This document shows positions 14,393 through 26,305 of a stretch of DNA of 64,000 nucleotides, piece after piece (within the stretch, counting starts at the first letter, position 1; every line of letters starts with the position of its first letter). Origin of the DNA: the human T2T-CHM13v2.0 reference genome, Homo sapiens. The notes beneath the pieces are model-generated. The model was not told the DNA's origin, ran no database searches, and saw only the letters and a list, made by a program, of their open reading frames with translations. The position numbers and the translations under genes were made by a program. The stretch is taken from the NCBI RefSeq assembly GCF_009914755.1, contig NC_060926.1; one strand, given 5' to 3'.

Positions 14393-15370
14393 CTAGCTGA
14401 AGGCTCATGCCCTCCTCACAACGGCTCCCCTGACTCACCAGCAGTCAGACAGCAACACGTGGGTGGTCCTGGACTTTACATCTTTGGAGCTGGTCAAGGA
14501 CCAGGGACGCAGGGATCGTCGGCAGAGATTACAGGAGGCCAGAGTCTAGGAGCAAAGCTGCAGGGAGAGGCACCAGCCCCAGCCTCCCTAGTGGGCAGTC
14601 TGTCTGGTGAGCTCTGGCTGCTGCCGCTGCCGTAGCCGGCTGGCTGCCTGTTTCCCAGGTCAGCACACCTCCCCCTGCCTATGCCTTACTCCATATTCTT
14701 GCAAAAATCCCTTTCCTGCTAGAGTAGCCAGGGGAAGTTTCTGTCTTTTGTGACTCAGGCCCCAGCTGGTAGTGTAGGTCTGTCTATATGTAAGCCTGTG
14801 GTCTCTGGGCCAGAGAAGTAAAGCAAGTGGCCCAGGCTGCCCAGCGAGGAAAGCACAAGCCCCTGTAAGTTCCATCGGTCCACCCCGTGCCCACGCTCTC
14901 TCTGCCACTTGGAATCTGCTGCGATGTTTTCTGTCCTACCACTCACTTCACTCCCCTATGCTGCTGAACCTGTTTAATTGCCATATGTGACAGACAGGAA
15001 GTCGGGGTCATATTTAAACATGGGACGCTCCACTGACTAGAAACTCTATTGTACAAATCCTTCAGCGACTCAAACAGGCCTGCCTTTCTTATTTTTAATA
15101 ACGGCAAAAGAGAGAGCACACCACAGTGCAGTCAAGTCCTCCTAAAACCATGTTCACCAGAAGGAAAAGACAGACATAAACTACCTTTGATTTATTTCCC
15201 CTCGAGCATTGGATGTCACTTCTCTAGGGAGGCTGCGCTGTGGCAGGGATCTGGGCGTGCGGGGACACAGCAGGTGCCTGATGAATGGAGCCATCATGAC
15301 GGTTATGCTCCAACCTGGGGTCTGATCCTCTGCTAGACGGCGAGCCTGGCCCAGGCCCCATAGCCTGAAC

Positions 15371-15549
15371 CAGGGGTTCTCTAAGTGTGGTCCCAGGGCC
15401 AGCAGCTTCAGGGTCACTTGGAAACATGTTAAAATGCAAATTCCCAGGCCCCACCCCAGATCCTGTGAGAGGGGGGCAGCGGTGAGGGGCAGCAGCCTAA
15501 GCTCTATGGTGTCCTCCACGTGGTTCTGACTCAGGTCTGAGAACCCAGG
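15371..15549. mobile_element. MER5A (hAT-Charlie MITE)
   Basis: caggggttctctaagtgtggtccc…aaatgcaaattcccaggccccaccccaga…tctgagaacc matches the recalled MER5A consensus with terminal inverted repeats. Confidence 0.8.
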
Positions 15550-16212
15550 TCCAGGGCTGTCCACTGGTCAGAGGAGTCCAGACAACAATGGAACCTGTGG
15601 CCAGGGGTTGTGTATTTTCACTGGACCTCCCCCCTCGCCAGGGGATTAGCACTTTAAGCCTTCAGAGAAGAGCGAATTAACTTTTGCTAAGCACCTGTGA
15701 GGTTTAATTTCTCACGTACTCTCCATGGCAACCCCACCAGGCGGTCATTCCTCTCGAATGTTAAAGATACGTGTTTAGAGCAGATGATCATGATTACACA
15801 ACTGGTGTGCAGCACAGCCAGGTGCCCAGATCCGAATCCCACACCCTCCTCCCACCACCATGGGCCTCAGGGACATGCTTCTAGCACAGTCATGGACCCT
15901 GAGTGACATAAAGGCTGTGACAGGGGACGCAGGATCTTCAGATGGCCCCACAGTGCCTCCTCTGAGTATCTATCTCCCAAGCTTCTCGCCTGGCCTGGTT
16001 GCTGTGAGGGCCTGGGGAGAGGCAGAGACAGGTTGGGTGTACGGAAAATGCACACTCTGCCAGGCACCCCTGACACGCACTGCTGACCAGGCATAGCGTT
16101 CAGTGGGGCTAGGACTTGGACGAGGGTGCAGGCTTGAGCAGGGGTGCAAAAAGCCAGTCTGGGCAGATGCTCTCCCTCTGTGGGGCGCCGATCTCAGAAA
16201 TGGTGGACAGAG

Positions 16213-16434
16213 CAGGGCTGCAGTATGGTGCACATGGGCCTTGGGGTCTTAGCTTTCGTGGGCCTCTTCCTGCATAAAATAAAATAGTTAAAATTAGAGT
16301 TTACAACTGCATTCATATAAAGATGAATATACTCCAGGCTAGATTCATTATTATTTTATTATACTCAGTTTTTTTCTTCTGATTTAAAATAGTGCGGTCC
16401 TAGGGCTGGTTAGAGTGTTTCCTGGCAGGCCCTG
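16213..16434 (-). mobile_element. hAT-Tip100-type MITE (ORSL-like)
   Basis: cagggctgcagtatg…tttcgtgggcc…tataaagatgaatatactccaggctagattcattatt…ttttttcttctgatttaaaa resembles the recalled ORSL consensus; ends cagggc…gccctg. Confidence 0.55.
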
Positions 16435-17197
16435 TCTCCTTAAACCCCTGCAAAGAAAGCAGCGAGGACTTCCCTTTGCCCCTTAGCAGAAAGCTGCGCT
16501 CCTTAATGGTTACGGGTGTGACCATTCACTTACATCCTATCTGCAGGACATACCTGGAAAGGTAAGTGGGAGGCAAGAGGGAGCTGGAGGCCAAGACTTC
16601 GGTCCCAGATATCCTAGTCCACATTTGTCCCCACCAGGTGTGTGAGTGCCGGCGCGCTGCACAGCCTCCCTGGGCCTCCGTTTCCTCAACTGGTAAACAA
16701 GAACGCTGGGCGGACTGAACTCTGAAAGTTCTGGGAGCTTGACAATCAGAACTCTCAGCAGAGAGGCCGCCCCTGCTCTCAGGAGGGCGGAGGCACCTGA
16801 GTCTCCAGTGCGGAGGACAGGCCGAAGCGCTGCGTTGGAGATGTGCAAATGCGCAAGAAGCGTGCTGCTTTCTCTCTGAGAAAACACTCCTAGGCTTCAA
16901 GGGGGCCCAAGAGCTCGACTGGGCGGGATGATCCCGGCGGCCCCTGGGCCGGGTCTGTGGACGGCTCTGCTGTGTGCCTGTGCGTGCCCAGTCCCGCGGG
17001 TGACCAAAGCCCAGGGGCGGGCAGGGCAGGAGCCTGGACCTCACGTGCCTCCAGTGGCCAGGTTTGCGGGGGCGGAGCGTCCGGGCGAGGGCGCGGGGGC
17101 GGACCCTAGGGCGGGGCGCGGGGTGGCGTCGGTGGAGCCGGCTCGGCGGCGCGGCTCGTAGTGCTGCGGCCGGGCTCCGGGCGTCCCGGCGGCCACC

Positions 17198-17236
17198 ATG
17201 CTCAGCGTCGTGCACTTCCTCCGGAGCTTCTTCAAG
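17198..17236 (+). CDS. ARHGEF4: First coding exon (MLSVVHFLRSFFK) of Rho guanine nucleotide exchange factor 4 (Asef), long isoform; phase-0 intron follows and no next coding exon was recognised in the window
   Basis: GCCACCATG Kozak in CpG island, 39 nt, AAG|GTGAGA donor; peptide matches my recollection of the ARHGEF4 long-isoform N-terminus (gene name from memory, not searched). Confidence 0.8.
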
Positions 17237-17537
17237 GTGAGAGCCGGCGTCCGGGACTTGCGGTCGGGCTCCCGGCGCCCTGCGCGGGTGGGGAGGAGCA
17301 CAGCCCGCGCTGGCTGCTGCGCCCCGGGCCGTCCCCTGGGCACCCGGTGGGTGGGGACACCCTCGTGGCTCCCCGCCGCTCCCAACTTTCCGACGTGCAG
17401 ACCGGAGGCGGCGTCCTGCAAAGTGGGGCCGTCTCGAGCGCGGGGAAGGACGGGGCTCCGTTGGGGGCGGTAGGGACGGCGGCCCGGGGCGAGCCCCTGA
17501 GAGGGCAAGGGCGAGCGCCTGAGCCGGCCTCCCCGCA

Positions 17538-17619
17538 CCTGGACCGTCCTGGGCGCGCGGGGCACTCGGAGCCGCTGCCTGGACCGGCCTGGGCGCGCAG
17601 GGCACTCGGAGCCTCTGCC
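17538..17619. repeat. Two-copy 40-bp tandem duplication in the CpG island
   Basis: cctggaccgtcctgggcgcgcggggcactcggagccgctg / cctggaccggcctgggcgcgcagggcactcggagcctctg (3 mismatches). Confidence 0.85.
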
Positions 17620-18563
17620 GCTTGGCGCAGTACCAGCTGTTTTGGGAAGGAGGGCTGGTGCCGGCCCGGTGGGTACGGGAGAAGTGGTTGCTGTTGTTAT
17701 TCCCCAGGCTGAGAGTACGCGAGGGCGCAGCAGCGGCAAGGGGCTGGAACTGGGGTCGGGGCTGTTGGGCTCCTGCTCGGGGTGCCCCCTCTCTGGCCCG
17801 ATTTCCGGGCCCGCTCACCATCCGGGACCCACTCAGTTGGGACGCCTCCACCTCGCTGCCCCCACAGGAACCCCAAGATGGGCCGGGGGCTCCGGGGCAC
17901 TGTCAGGGGTGGCCGGCCACAGGTTGCCAAGCCCGACCTCCCCAGGTGAGCCAGCGGGAGGGCGGTTGCGACGCTGGGTGGTGCTGAGCTCCGATGGGCT
18001 CCTACTCCGGGAGCAACTGCATGAAAGGAGAGGCGGGGAAGAGCCACCAGCTGTCAGCTGCAGGTCCAGGGGGAGGCAGACCTGTGTGGGGCTGTCGGGG
18101 CGGGAGGGCGGGAGGGCGCCCTACTTGGCTGTGCAGCCATCTTCTCCCGGAGTTGAAGACGGGAGGTTGAGGTCGGAGTTCTGTGGCCCTGAGAGCTCTA
18201 GTGAAAGGGGCAGGAAGCCAGGTGACCCAGGGCAGACCTGCAGGAGCCCTGCCCTCAGCCTATCCGCTGGCCTGGCATCAGCTCCCACCCCCAGCGATAA
18301 CGAAGTGATCGCTGGCATCAAGAGTGGAGAGGGCCGGACAGCCGGGAAGGCAGCCTTTCAGGAACCTGTGCTGGTGAGTGTAGGAGATGGCTTGGAAGAG
18401 CTCAGACCCCCTTCAAATGCCGACTCTGTCATTGAGGAGGTGTACAATCTTGGGACAATCACATAACCACCTGGGTCTTTGTTTTGAAAAATGTGGGTGA
18501 TGTTTCCATGCCCTCCACACCTTTCAGGGTTAGTGTGAAGGTCTTATTAGAAAATGTGAGTGT

Positions 18564-19220
<657 letters not shown>

Positions 19221-20342
19221 CTATTCAGAGAGGCCTTTCCATACTTTCTGCCTCAGGTCCCTGTAGGTCCTGAGACACCTGAGGCCTCCCCATGCACACC
19301 ACAGGAAGCATCACCTGTGCCCCTCAGAGGGTCTCCTTTCTGCTGTCCACATGGGAGGGGCTCTGACTGCCACAGCAGTCCACTTCTGGCTGTGTGAGTG
19401 TGTCTTGCCGAGCCACCGACAACGTAGTTCATACTTGTTCCTCTCAGACACTGGTCGTAAGGAATACCCCGTGAGGACACAGGTTGTGGGGTGGGCAGAG
19501 GAGCTACGTGCTTCAGTCACCGCCTGGTGCCTCCTGGTGTCCCCAGGGATTGGTCCTATGAGGTACCCCTGATGATGGGTGCTGGACTGGGCCAGAAAAG
19601 GCCACTTCATTCTGGGAACCTCAGATTGTCTGGGTCTCCCAGTCAGACTCTGTTAGCCAAGATGCAGCTAGTCTCCACCAAGCCCAGGAGGAGGACCCCA
19701 AGGCCCCAGGTGTGCCTTCTGGTGGCACTTGGTACAGACTCTGTACAGCACACAGATCTGCTTGGGCACGTTGGGCACCGTGGGATCCATGGGGCATGAC
19801 AGTCGTGTGGCAGAGTCCCTCCCCGTGCAGGCAGACCAGTCGGAGAGCCTGCACCTGCCAGGGGCCCACACAGGTGCGCCGCCTTGGGGGTCACCCAGCA
19901 AATGAGTCAGAGGAGCAGCACACCCAAAAGGAAAATATGTTGTCTCAAAAATCCAGAGGCCCTCCCAGCATCGTGTGTGGGCCAAGCATGACTTTTGATT
20001 TCGAGGGTGTATTTCAAAATGTTCCAGACAGCTGGACCCCCTGCTGCCTGCCTGGAGCCGTCACTGAAGTGGCAGGTCCCTGTATTTTCATGGAATGTAT
20101 GTCCTACTCTCTGGTACATGTATGTCCTAACACTTAGGGTACTTTGCTACTTGGTTTCCTCCAAGACCTATTAGTGTGCAGAAGACCCACATGAGGTCAT
20201 CAGGAGAGAAAGGTCAAGGTCTTTGTTGGCTAAACCATGGCACAGAATCAGTAAGCCAAGACAAGTCGTGAAGGTGGGATGCTGTGCCCCATGACAGGGA
20301 AGCCAACCTACTTCCGTGAATTCCTGAGTACTGCAGCAGGAA

Positions 20343-20478
20343 GCACACACATAGGCACACACACACAGGCATACATAGGTATACATATGGGCACACACAC
20401 ACACAGGCATACACACTTGGGACACACAGGCACACACACAGACACACAGGTGTACACACAGGTGCACACACACACATA
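20343..20478. repeat. Degenerate (CA)-rich low-complexity repeat
   Basis: Interrupted cacacaca/ggca units. Confidence 0.85.
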
Positions 20479-21305
20479 GACCGAGTTTTCATCCAATCAG
20501 TGGCTCTATACTATGCCAAGGATTGTGACAGCTTCAGTCCGGTAGGGAGGTCATAAGTGGGACAGCACAGCTGATGAGAGAATCCACTTGATTGAACCCA
20601 GATCTGTCCACCGCATTTTCAGGTCCCCATGTCTCCTGCACAAGCCTACCTGGCAGGTTAAGGGGGGATGCAGCAGCGTCTTCTGCCTTGGGTGCTGGTG
20701 GTTTCTCAGTCTCCAGGGATGAGGTGTTGCTAATGAGCCACTATTTTGGAGGGGAGGGAGTTGTAGATCCATCCAGGTAGTCTTTCCCACCACAGAAGCC
20801 TCCACACCATGGCTCAGGAAGCCAGGATGAAGTTCCTGCCACGTACTGGCATGTGTTTGTCACCTGAGCACTCAGGAACTAGGGAAATTGCCATAGGACA
20901 GGTTTGGGATCCCAGTGGGCTGCCACGAGGTGGATGCAGGGCACAGCTCTCGTCATGGCCTGCATGCGCCACTGCCTCTGGCAAGCGTCACTCCTGGTGG
21001 CAGGCTGTGGAGACATCCTGGGCTACCAGGAACAGTGTCAGCTCAGAACCAGCCCTCAATGGTGCCGGGAGGTCCAGGTACTTCTCTGTCCAGGAGGCTC
21101 TGGAAGATTCACGGCATATACCTGTGCTGTTACGCAGGTGACCAGCCTCCCTACAACTCAAGGAGTTTTGGGTCTATTGAGAGATCTGGGAATTGGGCAA
21201 GAGGCAATGTAGTTTATTCAGCAAATATTGGTTGAACACCTACTATGCGCCAGATGTTGTTCTAGGCACTCATGGTAGACTCCTGCCTACCAGACCTAGT
21301 TTTAA

Positions 21306-21607
<302 letters not shown>

Positions 21608-21639
21608 TAGAAAGCTTTTTTTTTTTTTTTTTTACATTT

Positions 21640-22340
21640 CTATTAATACTACACACATCAGATAGGACCCTATTGGCATTACCTGTTGATTTCAGTCCTA
21701 GCAGTGCCATGGGTGAGTCGTCAGTGCCAAGGAGTCTCAGCATGAGAACATCTTGGTGCCCCTCTGGCTGCCGGCACCTGAATGCTTCCTCCCATCCTCT
21801 GTCGTGCCAGCCTCACCGTTCTCATCTGTAGAATTTCCACCAACGGGAAGGTCTTCCGTCATCATCTCCAGCTGATAGAGAACGATGTCTGTGGCAATAT
21901 TCCAAGCTGTTGGTGTTCTCCTTCCTAAATGTTTCTTGGTGCTTCCGGCTGGGGCAGGTCCTTTTGGCTCCCCTGGAGACATGGTTAGGGATGTTGTACA
22001 GGTTGCTCTTGATCGGTCTCCACCAACACTGTATCCCTTCAGATGTCTGGATTCCTTCAAGGGATTTTGGCTTTTCAGTTTCACTTTGTGGAGCCACTAT
22101 CAAGCTGAGGTCAGGGAACCAACAGCTCACCTGCCGGCTCTTGGACTCCAGCATGGGGGGCGCACCTGCAGCAGTACATTGCCCTGGCCTGGGTTGATGC
22201 TCTTCCCCCAGGGTCGGGGACACTCCAAATCCGTTCTCACCATTCTCCCTGGTTTTTGCTGGTGTATGTTGGCACAGTCCTTGTTCTCTGAAGTATGTGT
22301 CTTTTCCTTGATGGTTTCACTTGTAATTGGTTCCCTTGGC
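21640..22340 (-). mobile_element. Highly diverged old L1 ORF2 remnant
   Basis: Minus-strand anchors resemble L1 ORF2 in order (aagaaacatttaggaa; accaagatgttctcatgctgagactc; aatgccaatagg); weak alignment by eye. Confidence 0.4.
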
Positions 22341-25055
22341 TATGCTGGGATCTGACTCTGCTCTTTGGCCTGGAGGCAGGGAAAGGGGCCAGGGTGGGCA
22401 TGAGCAGAACAGGGTGACTTGCTGGGGAGGGCATAACAGCCTGAAGCAGCCAGAGAGAGGAGCAAGGGTTCAGTGGGGTTGTGAGCCCCCAGTGCATCCC
22501 CACTCCTAAGGTGAGGGTTCCACTCTTTCCCAAACCATACCCTGACTGTCACTCAAGGAGCAAGGAAACAACACATCCTTCTGGCTGTATAATGCGCCAG
22601 TCTGCAGATTGGTGGAGTCAGACTGCTTTTGGTTCTGGGATATCTCAGGCCTGTGGCTGCAGAAGAGAAGAGATACTCGTACTTTATGTAGAGTGGTAGA
22701 GAGGCCCTGTGAGGACAGAGTGTGTTATTACCTCACTTTAAGCTGTACAGGGCAGTTAGAAGTAGCAAGCGCACCCGGCAGTCCTTGGATTCTTCATGCC
22801 TTTCATTTGGATTTTGTAGCAAGAGCTGTTTCTCCCACAAAGCACCCAGTAGTCACTTGGCCACCATTGATAATTTATTTAGGGGCTGGCCATGCAGGCA
22901 GTGAGATACTGGAGTTCCACATCTTCCACGTGGTAATGTATTTCCACGGCTTTTGGCTTCAACTAGGTGAAATCCGCAGTCCCAGCTCTCCTCCCCACCT
23001 TCCTGCAGATCTCTTACCCGCAGGGATCCTGGTACCAGTTTCTTTACTAGTGAAGGATCTTGATTGCCAAAGACAGTAAAGGGCTCCAGTTAAGTGAAAA
23101 AAGAGTGACGTCTTGGCAGGTTGGGGGTAGCTCATTGGCCCAGCTTGTGCAGGGATGAAGGGGGCGACGTGCAGCTGGGCCTGTGGGGCTGCCCCGGGTG
23201 TGGGCTCCACTGCTCTGCTGACAACACCCTCTAGTGTCTCTTGTAGGCGGTGAGGTCTGTCCTCAAGAGCCAGGGTCCTGGCTGGGTCTTAGCTGAGCTG
23301 CCAGAGGGTGGGACGAGAGGATATCTGCCTCCTTTCTATTTTCAAGATAGATGGGGCCAGATTTTCGGTTATATTGGGATCTCCTCCTCTCCCCAGTCCC
23401 AGCAGCTGTTCAGCACGGGGCAGCCAATACCCACTCATGGTGTATGACTGAGAAATTTTCCAGGACTCACTTGGCCCCTCCACATTTGTGGCGGAAGGAG
23501 GGTCTAAACTCCAGGTTCCTGGGGCCTCTGCCAGGGAGCCACCTACATCCTTGAACTCTTCTGGGTGAAGGTCGCAGCAGGAACCCAAGGCTGGAGACCC
23601 TGAGCTGAGGCGGGCTGCCCTCTTGAACCCTACAGAGGCTGGTCTCCTGCATGGTGGAGTGGGTGGGGCAGACCCGGCAGGGGAGCCAGCTGTCTGCCAG
23701 CAGGCCTTCCGTGCCTCCCCTGGGCTGTGCCTCCTGCTAACCTGGACTTGCCAGCCTTGGCTGCGTTGCTGCTCAGAGGCACCAGTGCTTCCTCGTGCTA
23801 TAGGCCTCCTCTCCCCCACTGCTCTTCCAAGGGGGGGCACGGTTCCCACCTGTGCTTTTCCTCCAGACCCTGCCTCTGCCCCGTTGGGCTCTCCCCTGAC
23901 CTCACCAGATGGTCTTTCTGTACAACACAAGTTCTCAAGCACCCCCTGCTTGTTGGGACATAATTGGCATCTCCAAAGGTTGTTCTCTCCCTCTGGGCTG
24001 TCGGCTCTGAGGGCAGGGCCAGGGTTTGGAGCACAGCGTATCCTCGGGAAATGCGCTGAGTCTGTGTGTGGCCAGGTCAGAGCCCCAGGGGGGCCCTGAA
24101 TCCAGAGGGCCCCAGATTGATGTTTCTAGAGACATGAACTCCTGAAACCTTCTCTCCAAACTTGGGTGGAGCACAGCCCTGCTCTCCAGGTATGGGCTGG
24201 GCACAGCCTGCCCCACCTCTGTGTCCCTGTCCTCCCACTGGCTTCAGTCAGGTGTCCTCAGCCCTTCCTGAGACTCCAGCCACTGTTTATAACCTGGGAA
24301 GGTACCAGACCCTGCAGAGGGTTTGAATTCACTCTGGGTCTCCTGTAGGAGTCGCTGACCCCATACGTTTTGTTTGCTTCTCCCGCTGAGCGCAACTAGC
24401 TCCCTGGCTCAGGAGAAGTGCTGTGTCTTTCTGGATCCCATATGTGATTTCCTCATCTCTGCAATGGGCTGCCCCTCACCTTCTGCCAGTTATAAGGTGG
24501 TGAGGTTTAAACGATATTGCCCATTGGCCCATCCCTGGCTCCGGGACCCTCCACAGACGGGGATGGTGCTGCCTGTGAGGCCCTCCGGCCCTCACGTTGC
24601 CCTGTTGTAAAGGAGGCGGGGCGCCCTGCCTGGTGGGCACAGCCCTGTTGGCCAGATGCAAACCCCGGCAGTAAACCCCTAGAGACCCTGTCCCACCCTG
24701 GCTAGCTTGAAATGCCTTGGGTATCAGCCACGTTTGTACCACAGGGGTCGATTTGTCTCTCTTCCACAGCTTTTTTGCCTGTGAACTAAAGATTGCCCAT
24801 GCTCGAGAAGAGGTCTCCTTGGAGCACTCCTTGGAAGCTGCCCCTCTTCCCAGGGTCCCTTTGTGATGGTGATGGCCCCTAGGTGGGTCCACTCTCCCAT
24901 AGAGCTCTGTGCCCTGGGGCACCTTCATGTAACCCCTTCACTCTCAGGGGCATGTGAAAATTTAAATAAGAAAACCAAGGGAAAGCATGTGGAGAGAGCA
25001 CCCAACAACTATTAGCTATCCCCCGCCAACCTCTATTTTTGTCTTCCCCAAACAA

Positions 25056-25361
25056 ATATATATATATGTATATATATATATTTGAGACAGAATCTCATAC
25101 TCTTGTCACCCAGGCTGGAGTGTAATGGCGCGATCTCATCTCATTGCAACCTCCACCTCCGGGTTCAAGTGATTCTCCTACCTCAGTCTCTAAAGTAGCT
25201 GGGATTACAGGCGTCCACCACCACACCCAGCTAATTTTTGTATTTTTAGTAGAGACTGAGTTTCACCGTGTTGGCCAGGCTGGTCTCGAACTCCTGACCT
25301 CATGATCCGCCCTCCTCAGCCTCCCAAAGTGCTGGGATTACAGGCGTGAGCCACCCGGCCC
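25056..25361 (-). mobile_element. AluS antisense with (TA)n tail
   Basis: tatatata…tttgagacagaatctc…gtgagccacccggccc. Confidence 0.9.
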
Positions 25362-25481
25362 GCTATATTTTACTTATAACCAGTGGGGTTGAATGGAAAC
25401 CCATCTCTGAAACTTGGCCAAGTGTGATGCTGCCTGATGTTGCTGGCCGAAGTTCCTGCTCTAGGTAGAAAGTGAGTTTTT

Positions 25482-25680
25482 GGCCGGGCACGGTGGCTCA
25501 CACCTGTAATCCCAGCACTTTGGGAGGCCATTTGAGCCCAGGAGTTCCAGACCAGCCTGGGCAACATAGGGAGACCCCGTCTCTACAAAAATGTTTTTAA
25601 AAAAATTAACGTGGCATGGTGCACACACCTGTAGTCCCAGCTGCTTGGGAGGTTGAGGCAGGAGGATCATGGGAGCCCAG
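25482..25680 (+). mobile_element. AluJ-like, 3'-truncated
   Basis: tttgagcccaggagttccagaccagcctgggcaacataggg (J diagnostics); ends abruptly at gggagcccag. Confidence 0.85.
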
Positions 25681-25840
25681 TACAGGCACCCGCCACCACA
25701 CCCGGCTAATTTTTGTATTTTTAGTAGAGATGGGGTTTCACCATGTTGGCTAGGCTGGTCTCGATCTCTTGACCTTGTGATCTGCCCACCTCGGCCTCCC
25801 AAAGTGCTGGGATTACAGGCTTGAGCCACTGCACCCAGCC
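25681..25840 (-). mobile_element. AluS antisense, 3'-truncated, fused tail-to-tail with the preceding AluJ
   Basis: tacaggcacccgccaccacacccggctaatttttg…gagccactgcacccagcc. Confidence 0.85.
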
Positions 25841-25989
25841 TAGAAAGTGTGTTTTTACAGAGGCATGCTGACTATGAGAACATCCTCCTCAGAGCATAGT
25901 GGGTGTGGCTGGTGGGAGAAGCTGGGTCAAGTGGTACAGTCTGCCTCTGTGTGAGGACTCAAGCTTGTGAGAAGACCTGGAAGCGACTC

Positions 25990-26305
25990 ACAGGGTGGCA
26001 CATCCACAGAGCAGCACTAGGAGGGAGGGAACTGCTGCCATACACATCAGGCCGGATGGGCCTCCAGGGAACCAGGCCCAGTGGCAGAAGCCAGACCTAC
26101 GGTGTGATCCCAAATGCGAACCTACAGTGACAGAAAGCACACAAGTGGCTGCCTGGGGACAGGTGAGCGTGGGCGGAAGCCAGAGGGCAGATGAGGAAGG
26201 ACAGAGGCAGTGGAGATTTGCTGCTGACTGTGCACCGGTCGAAACCCTCAGGTTGTGCTTCCAGTGTGTGAGTTTATTGTGCGTCAGTTACACCTCGATC
26301 AAGCC
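25990..26305 (+). mobile_element. Degenerate L1M 3' UTR remnant
   Basis: gaactgctgccatacaca…agaagccagac…acagtgacagaaagca…gtggctgcctgggg…tttattgtgcgtcagttacacctcgatcaag follows L1ME/MB 3' end order. Confidence 0.6.

Larger units (their letters stand above)
16780..18350. promoter_or_regulatory. ARHGEF4: CpG island / TATA-less promoter of the gene starting at 17198
   Basis: Dense CpG and high GC relative to flanks; three GC boxes (GGGCGG) at ~17068-17118 just upstream of the ATG exon. Confidence 0.9.

Noticed and set aside
16520-16570. Strong splice-donor motifs on both strands upstream of the island (minus GAT|GTAAGT, plus AAG|GTAAGT), hinting at a divergent lncRNA or upstream exon
   Set aside because: Isolated motifs with no supportable exon structure from sequence alone
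17198-17473. 91-aa unspliced ORF from the Kozak ATG
   Set aside because: Read-through into intron 1; the donor after codon 13 explains the real exon
16526-17851. 441-aa antisense ORF and other long ORFs (16928-18466) over the CpG island
   Set aside because: Arg/Pro/Ala/Gly-rich low-complexity translations expected from stop-poor GC-rich DNA; no recognisable domain
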